A stretch of 64,000 nucleotides of DNA from Verrucomicrobiota bacterium (GTDB lineage: Bacteria > Verrucomicrobiota > Verrucomicrobiia > Opitutales > Coraliomargaritaceae). Every line of letters starts with the position of its first letter. The stretch's first letter is position 1. This document shows, one piece after another, positions 56,488-64,000 of the stretch. The notes below the pieces were generated by a model. It did no database searches and was not told the DNA's origin. It worked only from the letters and a program-made list of their open reading frames with translations. Both the position numbers and the translations under genes were made by a program. The DNA lies in the NCBI GenBank assembly GCA_009937095.1, contig JAACDB010000025.1:7961-71960 (forward strand), read 5' to 3'.

Positions 56488-58521
56488 TTAGAAATCCATA
56501 CGCAGACCGAGAGAGATATTACGTCCCGGCAGCGGTGCTTCTTCTTTTAGATACGAAGTGTGATGTATGATTTTGCGATCCAGCAGATTATTGGCATGGG
56601 CAAACAGGCTGAGCGTTTGACCTCCGGATAAGGCAAAGCTTTTCCTGAGGTACGCATCCAGTTGAGTGTAGCCAGCCGTTTCGCGTTCGTCCGAAGCGGT
56701 CTCGGTTTGGCGCAGGGCACGCGTGAGCTTGGCTCCCACCCGCCAGTTGGGGCTATCCTAATCCAGCCCCAGGCCGAGTCGTACCGGTGGAATGCGCGGC
56801 AAGGAATCGCTGGAACCCCGTTGCGCGGCATGTACCCAGTCACCAGTCAGCTTCAAGCTCAGTTCGCTATCGCCCTGACGGAGGAGGGGTCGTTCATAGC
56901 TGGCCTCCAGGCCGTAGTAATCGGCATCGACGAAGCAATAGCGGTAGGTGTCCAAGGCGTGGTCGGCCTCAAACCCGGGGTCCCCTTCTTTCGTGCCTTC
57001 ATCATCGGTTTGGTAGCCGAGGGATTCACTATAGATGTAGTTATCAAAGCGGGTGTAGAAGGCGGTCAGACGCGCGAAATCATCCTCGCGCTGGATCTCA
57101 TAGGTGAGGTCAAGACCGAGAGCGGTTTCTCTTTTAAGGGAAACCTCTTTAGGAACGTAGTATTGCTGGGTGGCAAGGTGGACGCCGTTGCTATACAATT
57201 CGGGCGCAGTTGGGTGACGCTGGGAGCGATTGAGGCTCAGTTTGAGTGTTTGAGCGGTATCGATATTCCAGATCGCGCTGGCCGCAAAGCTTAGCGCGGT
57301 TTCGGAATAATCCTTCGCAACGCCTTCCGCTTTGATTTGGGTATTTTCCAATCGTGCTCCAAACTCATAATGCAGGCGGTCGCCGTGCGTATGCTCATTA
57401 ATAAAGAGCGCCCGGCTTTGAGTCTGGGCGTTCGGGGTAAAGACTTCATCGCCCGAGGCAACGAAATCAGTATCCGTAATCTGAGCGCCAATGATGCCGT
57501 AGTCGACAAACATGAAAGGCGAATGCGCTAACTCGCCCCGTAGATCCCAACCGGTCTGCTCATAACGAACAGCGGATGCGCCATCTTCGATCTCGTCGTG
57601 CTGGTAATCGTTATAGCTCGCACGCAGACGGAAGGCTTCGGCCCAGGAGAAGGGAGCAGGAATACTGTACTCGGCGTTCAGGCGAGTCGCTTCCATTTCA
57701 ATAAAGACTCCCGCTTCTTCTGCCCCGGGCTCATGATCTTCATGTTCATGCCCTGGCACACCATACTCTGAATTCCATTCAGAGAGGGATAGCCCGAAAT
57801 AATGGCCTTCGCCAAAAAAGCGGGTCGCGCCAATCGAGTAGTAGGAGGATTCCTGGAAACTGCCATCGAGTTTGGGCTCTTCGTGTTCTGGCACTTTGTA
57901 ATCTTCATTGTCGCGCTTGAGGCCGGTAATTCGGACCGCCCAATCCTCGGTGCCAAGGCTGGCATACCCGACGTTGGTGGTACCGTTGGAAACCCCGTCG
58001 TAGCGGGTTTCAACCGCACCCCCAAATCCGGGGGTAGGGGCCCGTACGAGCGATTTATCAATGACATTGATGGCGCCACCAATAGCAGAGCCGCCATAGA
58101 GTAGCGTTGCTGGCCCGCGCAGGATTTCCACGCGTTCAATCAACATGGGCTCAAGGGTGACCGCATGATCCGGGCTGAGCGTTGAGAGATCGAAGGTTTC
58201 AAGTCCGGACTCCATAATCTGAACGCGCGAACCACTGAAGCCTCGAAGCACCGGACGGCTTGCACCCGCGGTAAAGGAGGACGCTGAAACCCCTGCGGAG
58301 CCATCTAATAAAGCGGCGAGGTTCGTGGCGTTTTTAGTGGCGATTGCTTTCTCGGAAAGGACTTCTACCGGAGGGGCGTAGTCCTGAATGGAACGCAGAC
58401 CAGGGCCTGCGGAAACGATGTAATCCTCCATGAGGTAGGTTGCCTCTTCGGATTCAGCGTTTGTGTTAAGTGATGCGAGCAAACTACCTGCAATGGCAGT
58501 GCCCAATAAATAAGTTTTCAT
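56488..58521 (-). pseudogene. TonB-dependent receptor (metal-type, His-rich loop) with an in-frame TAG
   Basis: Signal peptide and plug domain (RVEILRGPATLLYGGSAIGGAINVI), a His/Glu-rich loop GHEHEDHEPGAEE, and a canonical C-terminus LGLRMDF. The two ORFs 56758-58572 and 56488-56739 are in the same frame, separated by TAG at 56758-56760. Confidence 0.8.
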
Positions 58522-58578
58522 TTTTATGACGGTTATAAGTTGTTTGCGAAAAGCGGACGCACCGGCGACCACTTTGAT

Positions 58579-58950
58579 TTACACGAACAACACCGTCGGG
58601 GGCGCGCGGCTGCGCTGAGTCAAAGGCGCGCGCGGGTCGTGGGTGGTAATACGAACGATCGCACAGGATTCCTGAGTAAAGTCACCTCGCGTGGGTAATT
58701 CCAGCGTGGGACCAAGTACTAGCCCCTGCCCATATAAGACGACCGGACAGGCCGCCTCGGACTCGGGGGAATCGTCGGAATTCCCGCCGTGCGAGTGGTC
58801 GTGATGGTGATGGGGGCAAGCCTGCTCTGCGTGGAGGGCTTGGTGAATGTCCGGATTGACCGAGGCTAAGCCCAGCACCAACACCATGCCACCCTGCAAG
58901 AGTGCAAGCAGGCAGCATAGAGTAGGGCCGAATTTTTTCTTGGCGAACAT
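58579..58950 (-). CDS. small exported His-rich protein
   Basis: The N-terminus is MFAKKKFGPTLCCLLALLQGGMVLVLGLA, followed by CPHHHHDHSHGG and further Cys residues. It lies immediately upstream of the receptor. Start at ATG 58950. Confidence 0.55.
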   Translation of the reverse strand: MFAKKKFGPTLCCLLALLQGGMVLVLGLASVNPDIHQALHAEQACPHHHHDHSHGGNSDDSPESEAACPVVLYGQGLVLGPTLELPTRGDFTQESCAIVRITTHDPRAPLTQRSRAPPTVLFV

Positions 58951-59030
58951 TGGCGTTAAAAACACGTATTACACCCAAAGCTGTCAAGTAGGCAATTGCC
59001 ATGCGTGCAAAAGGCGCCAACAGTGCTTAA

Positions 59031-60308
59031 ATGGAAATTTTAATGGCATTGGTGGCCGGCGTTTTAGCCGGCGGGGGTCTGGTTTATTTTGTGATGCGTG
59101 GCGCTTCGAGCGAAGCGGGGGGCGAACTTTCAGAGGCCCGAGACGCATTGGCCCGCGCAGAGACGCGCCTAGAGGTTGAGGGTAAGGCTGCGGAGGAAAA
59201 AATGGCCTTACTGGAGGCCACCCGCGAAAAGCTCATGGAAAGCTTTGAAGCCCTCTCTGCCAAAGCCCTTTCCAGCAATAACGATTCCTTCCTCAAGCTC
59301 GCCAAGGCGTCACTGGAAAAATATCAGGCAAGCGCCAAGGGCGACCTCGACAAACGTCAGGAGGCCATTCAAAAAACTGTCGAACCGGTCGGCAAAGCAC
59401 TGGAGAAATTTGAGGAACGGGTCAATCACCTCGAGGAACGCCGCACGCAAACCGATGCCGGACTCAAGGAACAACTTGAACAGCTTGCCCAGTCCCAACA
59501 CCGTCTGAGCCAGACCACTACCGGCCTCATGAACGCCCTCCGGAAGCCTGAGGGCCGCGGGCGTTGGGGGGAACTGCAGTTGCGCCGCACCGTTGAACTC
59601 GCCGGCATGATCAATTATTGCGACTTTGAAGAGCAAACTAGCGTTGAGACCGACACCGGCGACCGCCTGCGCCCGGATATGCTCATTCGTCTGCCAAATG
59701 AACGGCAGGTGGTGGTGGATTCCAAGGTTCCGCTCGCTGCCTATCTCGAGGCGCTGGAAGAAGGCGACGCAGCAGCAAAAACCACCCAATTGGAACGCCA
59801 CGCCCGCCATATCCGCGAGCATATCAAGGGGCTTTCGCAGAAGAAGTATTGGAGCCAGTTTGAAAATACCGCCGAATTCGTGGTGCTTTTCGTGCCCAAT
59901 GAGGCCATTTTCAGCGCGGCCCTCGAGGTGGATCCCCAGCTCATCGAGCTCGGAGTCGAAAACCGCGTCATTCTCGCGACTCCCACCACTTTGATCGCCC
60001 TACTCAAGGCCATTGCCTACGGATGGCAACAGGATGCCGTCGCCCGGGAAGCCCGGGAAATCAGTGCGCTCGGCAAGGAGCTTTACGAGCGCATCGGGGT
60101 TGTGGTGGGGCATTTCGCCAGTGTGGGCAAAAGCCTCGGCCAAACCGTCAACCATTACAACAAGGCCATCAGCTCCGCTGAAAGCCGCCTACTCGTCACC
60201 GCTCGCAAATTCGAGGCCCTCGACAGCGTCAATGTCGAGGCCCTTCCGGAGAGCAAAACCATCGAAACGATCCCGACTTTGCCGAGGGAAGACGGGACCG
60301 AAGGATAA
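59031..60308 (+). CDS. rmuC: DNA recombination protein RmuC
   Basis: N-terminal TM segment, a long coiled coil, and a C-terminal nuclease-like region (RPDMLIRLPNERQVVVDSKVPL, FVVLFVPNEAIF). Confidence 0.88.
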   Translation: MEILMALVAGVLAGGGLVYFVMRGASSEAGGELSEARDALARAETRLEVEGKAAEEKMALLEATREKLMESFEALSAKALSSNNDSFLKLAKASLEKYQASAKGDLDKRQEAIQKTVEPVGKALEKFEERVNHLEERRTQTDAGLKEQLEQLAQSQHRLSQTTTGLMNALRKPEGRGRWGELQLRRTVELAGMINYCDFEEQTSVETDTGDRLRPDMLIRLPNERQVVVDSKVPLAAYLEALEEGDAAAKTTQLERHARHIREHIKGLSQKKYWSQFENTAEFVVLFVPNEAIFSAALEVDPQLIELGVENRVILATPTTLIALLKAIAYGWQQDAVAREAREISALGKELYERIGVVVGHFASVGKSLGQTVNHYNKAISSAESRLLVTARKFEALDSVNVEALPESKTIETIPTLPREDGTEG

Positions 60309-60349
60309 ATGCCTTGATATCAAGTTAATATTTAAAATATTGATTAATA

Positions 60350-60661
60350 ATGACTTCTGGCACAAATGACCCCGAACCTGTGGAATTTCCGATCAATGGA
60401 GAGTTGGATTTACACACCTTTCGGCCGCAGGAGGTGGGAGAGCTCGTGCCGGATTATCTGGAACTTTGCCATGAGAAGGGGCTGCGTCGGGTGCGTATCA
60501 TTCACGGAAAAGGAATCGGTACGCTGCGGGAAACAGTGCATGCGATTTTGAAGCGGGAATCAAGGGTGGCGCGATTTGAATTAGCGGGCTCGGGCGAGGG
60601 CGGCTGGGGGGCGACGATCGCCTGGCTGGAGGAGGAGGCACCCCCCTTGATAGACAGCTAA
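60350..60661 (+). CDS. Smr-domain protein
   Basis: Contains [11 protein letters not shown] and [19 protein letters not shown], typical of the Smr / MutS2 C-terminal nuclease domain. Confidence 0.8.
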   Translation: MTSGTNDPEPVEFPINGELDLHTFRPQEVGELVPDYLELCHEKGLRRVRIIHGKGIGTLRETVHAILKRESRVARFELAGSGEGGWGATIAWLEEEAPPLIDS

Positions 60662-60779
60662 ACGCGCTTGCCAGCCTTGGGGGCTTCTGCCAATCTCTTC
60701 GTTTTTTCCAAAAGCAAAGATTTTCCAATGTGCCCCCCTTGGAAGGCCCAGACTCTTCGCCTCAAGCGGCTCCGTTCTC

Positions 60780-63700
60780 ATGATCACCTCAATTTTAAAG
60801 AAATTTTCAGGCAATCACTATAAGAAGTATCTTAAAAAGTGTCAGCCTATCATTGCGCAGATCAATGCGCACGACGAAGCTTTCCAGTCTTTGAGCGACG
60901 CGGATTTGCGGGCCAAGACTGCGGAATACATGGAGCGTTTTCAGGCGGGGGAGACTCTGGACGACCTTTTGCCGGAGGCGTTTGCCACAGTTAAGAATGC
61001 CGCTCGCCGGATGAGCGGACAGAGCTATGTCGTCTGCGACCACGAATTGCCCTGGAATATGGTGCATTATGACGTGCAGTTGCTTGGAGGGATTGCCCTG
61101 CACGAGAAGCGCATTGCCGAAATGGCAACGGGGGAGGGCAAGACCCTCGTCTCGACTTGGCCGCTTTATTTGAATGCCCTCAGTGGGCGCAACTGCCAAC
61201 TGGTCACGGTCAATGATTACCTTGCCCGTCGTGACTCGGAATGGATGGGGCACCTCTTTCAATTCCTCGGACTGACGGTTGGATGTATTCAAAACAGCAT
61301 GGATCCCGCGACCCGCCGCGAGATGTATAGTCGCAACATCACTTATGGCACCGCCTCGGAGTTCGGCTTTGATTACCTTCGCGATAATGGCATGGCCTCC
61401 CGCAAAGAGGATCAAGTGCAGCGCGATTATTTCTTTTGTATCATTGACGAGGTGGACTCCATTTTGGTGGACGAGGCCCGCACCCCGCTGATTATCTCCG
61501 GCCCGATGCAGGACGACAACCCCCTGCCCTTTACCGAGCACCGTCCGGTGGTCCAACGTTTGGTCTCCAAGCAACAGAGCTACTGCAACAAATTGGCGAC
61601 CGATGCCAAAATTCGTCTGGAGGACGAATCGATTGACGAGGAAAAGCAAGACGCTGCCATTTCAGATTTGTATCAAGTGAAACTGGGCATGCCGAAGAAC
61701 AAGCAGCTCCTGCGCTTGATGGAAGTGCCTGCCATTCGCCGCCTCCTCGACAAGTTCGATCTCGAGATGAACGGCGACTTCAATAAGGAACGCCGCTACG
61801 CCCTCAAGGAATCGCTCTTTTATGTGATCGACGAAAAGCAGCAACAGGCCGACCTTACCGAGAAGGGCCGTCACTTAATCAGCCCCGACGATCCCGATGC
61901 CTTCATGCTGCCGGATCTGCCCTCGCTCTTTATCGAGATCGATAAAGAGAAGGAACTCGACCTTCAGGCCAAGCAATCCGCCAAGCAATCTGCAGAACAA
62001 AGCTTCCAGCAAACCAGTGAGCGCATTCACTGCATCAGTCAGCTCCTCCGCGCTTACAGCCTTTACGAACGCGATAAGGAATATGTGGTGCAGGGCGGCA
62101 AGGTGCACATCGTGGATCAGAACACCGGACGCGTGATGCCGGGCCGCCGTTGGTCGGATGGCTTACACCAAGCGGTCGAGGCCAAGGAAAACTGCACCAT
62201 CGAAAAGGAGACCAAGACCTACGCCACGGTCACCATTCAAAACTACTTCCGCATGTATGAAAAGATTGCGGGGATGACGGGTACCGCTGAAACCGAGGCG
62301 GCTGAGTTTAACGAAATTTACGGCCTTTCGGTGATGGTCATTCCCACTCACCGTCCTTGTGTTCGCGCTGACCGCAACGATGTCGTTTTCAAAACCCGCC
62401 GCGAGAAATACGCTGCGGTGGTTAAGGAAATTCAATCTGCCAATGAGAACGGCCAGCCCGTCCTCGTGGGAACTGCCTCGGTGGAGGCTTCGGAAGTGTT
62501 GAGCCGCATGCTGAAGCGCGCCAACGTTATCCACAGCGTGCTCAATGCGAAATTCCACGCGCAGGAAGCGGATATTGTGGCGCGTGCGGGGCAAAAAGGA
62601 GCGGTCACTATCGCTACTAATATGGCGGGTCGCGGAACGGACATCAAGCTGGGTGAAGGCGTCGCCGATTTGGGCGGGCTTTACGTGGTCGGTACCGAAC
62701 GTCATGAATCCCGCCGTATTGACCGCCAGTTGCGTGGACGGTGTGCGCGTCAGGGCGACCCCGGTACTTCTAAGTTTTTTGTCTCTCTGGAGGACGACCT
62801 CATGCGCCTCTTTGCCAGCGCCGGACCGATCTCCCGCATCCTTGAAAAATCCTTCAGCGAAGGCGAGGAGCTGGAACACGCCGCACTCAACTGGTCGATT
62901 GAAAACGCCCAGAAAAAAGTTGAGCAACAGAACTTTTCCATTCGCAAACGCCTGCTTCAGTTTGACGATGTGCTGAACATGCAGCGTGAGGTCATATACG
63001 GGATTCGGAACGAGGCCATCCAGTCCGATACCCCCCGTGACATCATTAATGAAATGGTTGAGGAAGAAGTGGAGTTACGACTGGATGCCTTGGAAGCAGA
63101 AAACAATGAAGAGGGCATGGAAACTTTCCTCGGTTGGCTGAATGCCTATTTTCCGCTCGCGCTGAAGCCTGAGGATCTTGAATCCTTGAAGATCGAGGCG
63201 CGTCAAAGTTTAATACTAGTGCGCATCTCAGAGGCCTATGCCCAGCGGGAAGCCATCGAAGAAAAGGAAGCCCTCGTGGGGCTCGAACGCTATGTCATTA
63301 TACGTTCCCTGGATCGTCGCTGGCAGGATCATCTGACCGAAATGGAGGAATTGCGCCGCAGTGTGAACCTCCGGGGTTATGGGCAGAAGGATCCCCTCAA
63401 CGAATACAAAAGCGAGGCGTATGTTTTCTTTGAGGAGCTGATGCAAAATTCCCGCTCTGAAATTTGTAATTCCATTTTCCGTTCTGCCACCAGCGCGGAG
63501 GCCTTCGAAAAAATGCTCGCCCGCATGTCTGCTCCGGTGCAACAAGCCGGACCCGCGCAGGGGCAACCCAGTGCGCTTGCGGCTGCCGCGGGTCAACAGG
63601 CCGCAGGAACGGCTCCTGCTCCCGGCAAAGAGGTAAGCTTGCCCAAAGTGGAACCGGTACGTCGCGAACTTCCCAAGGTCGGGCGCAATGATAGCGTCAC

Positions 63701-63791
63701 CATCCGCAAGGGTGGGGAGGAAAAACAAATGAAGTTTAAGAAGGCGGAGGGTTTGATTGAAAACGAAGGCTGGGAACTGGTAACGAAATAA
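60780..63791 (+). CDS. secA: preprotein translocase ATPase SecA
   Basis: Walker A MATGEGKT and DEAD-like [19 protein letters not shown], with a conserved motor and HSD/HWD regions. The C-terminal zinc-finger cysteines are absent. Confidence 0.97.
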   Translation: MITSILKKFSGNHYKKYLKKCQPIIAQINAHDEAFQSLSDADLRAKTAEYMERFQAGETLDDLLPEAFATVKNAARRMSGQSYVVCDHELPWNMVHYDVQLLGGIALHEKRIAEMATGEGKTLVSTWPLYLNALSGRNCQLVTVNDYLARRDSEWMGHLFQFLGLTVGCIQNSMDPATRREMYSRNITYGTASEFGFDYLRDNGMASRKEDQVQRDYFFCIIDEVDSILVDEARTPLIISGPMQDDNPLPFTEHRPVVQRLVSKQQSYCNKLATDAKIRLEDESIDEEKQDAAISDLYQVKLGMPKNKQLLRLMEVPAIRRLLDKFDLEMNGDFNKERRYALKESLFYVIDEKQQQADLTEKGRHLISPDDPDAFMLPDLPSLFIEIDKEKELDLQAKQSAKQSAEQSFQQTSERIHCISQLLRAYSLYERDKEYVVQGGKVHIVDQNTGRVMPGRRWSDGLHQAVEAKENCTIEKETKTYATVTIQNYFRMYEKIAGMTGTAETEAAEFNEIYGLSVMVIPTHRPCVRADRNDVVFKTRREKYAAVVKEIQSANENGQPVLVGTASVEASEVLSRMLKRANVIHSVLNAKFHAQEADIVARAGQKGAVTIATNMAGRGTDIKLGEGVADLGGLYVVGTERHESRRIDRQLRGRCARQGDPGTSKFFVSLEDDLMRLFASAGPISRILEKSFSEGEELEHAALNWSIENAQKKVEQQNFSIRKRLLQFDDVLNMQREVIYGIRNEAIQSDTPRDIINEMVEEEVELRLDALEAENNEEGMETFLGWLNAYFPLALKPEDLESLKIEARQSLILVRISEAYAQREAIEEKEALVGLERYVIIRSLDRRWQDHLTEMEELRRSVNLRGYGQKDPLNEYKSEAYVFFEELMQNSRSEICNSIFRSATSAEAFEKMLARMSAPVQQAGPAQGQPSALAAAAGQQAAGTAPAPGKEVSLPKVEPVRRELPKVGRNDSVTIRKGGEEKQMKFKKAEGLIENEGWELVTK

Positions 63792-63826
63792 CGTATCCGT
63801 TTTATCACTACAAACGGAGATAGGCG

Positions 63827-64000
63827 ATGAGTGAAAAAAAAGAACTGTTATGGGGGCTTTTAGCGGGCTGCTTCAGTTCTCTCTTTTGGATGCTGTCGAT
63901 TCCGCCCTTTGAATTTTCTGAGGCGGCTTACATCGCGTTTGTTCCACTCCTGCTTTGGCTGAAGACGCGACCCCGCTGGCGCACGAGTCTCGTGGTGGCC
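63827..64000 (+). CDS. lnt: apolipoprotein N-acyltransferase, 5' fragment (runs off the window)
   Basis: The N-terminus LLAGCFSSLFWMLSIPPFEFSEAAYIAFVPLLLWL matches the usual Lnt start (LSFPPF...VALVPLL). Only 58 codons are visible. Confidence 0.6.
   Translation, partial: MSEKKELLWGLLAGCFSSLFWMLSIPPFEFSEAAYIAFVPLLLWLKTRPRWRTSLVVA

Noticed and set aside
56758-56760. The TAG in the TonB-dependent receptor as pyrrolysine or another recoding event
   Set aside because: The window has no pyl genes and no PYLIS-like context, and such recoding is not expected in this kind of gene. A point mutation or base-call error is far more likely.

Overview
This is a moderately GC-rich (judged by eye), gene-dense chromosomal window made up almost entirely of housekeeping genes. 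I recognise about 58 protein-coding genes. I see no rRNA or tRNA genes, no CRISPR array, and no transposase, integrase or phage genes. The content includes def, rsmG, metH, gmk-nadC-birA-coaX, a complete F1Fo ATP synthase operon (atpBEFHAGDC), trmB, a PhoR/PhoB-like two-component pair, mnmE-mnmG, recA, miaB, ispH, pssA, dnaN, glnD, slyD, rodZ, grpE-dnaJ-purN-prmA, ftsK, mutS, rmuC, secA and the start of lnt. The marker genes plus two parS-type palindromes suggest an origin-proximal core region of a diderm bacterium. Protein style hints at a PVC/Verrucomicrobia-like organism, but I cannot verify that here. I did not find a convincing novel multi-gene system. The observations most worth a second look are listed here.
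- A perfect 16-bp parS-type palindrome lies inside mnmG, and a degenerate copy sits at the atpB start.
- An AT-rich-flanked pair of secreted proteins sits after ftsK: a small protein plus a 7-8 blade AFAALK-DGTVVTWG propeller. The two share a C-terminal module.
- Three frame disruptions all sit in homopolymer runs: two compensating shifts in ogt and one in the small secreted gene.
- A 12-nt C/G homopolymer lies in frame inside mutS.
- An in-frame TAG interrupts a His-rich-loop TonB-dependent receptor that follows a small His-rich exported protein.
- An orphan RelE/ParE-like ORF is translationally coupled to pssA.
- IspH carries a long N-terminal extension.
All family calls come from motif recognition by eye. 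No searches were run.
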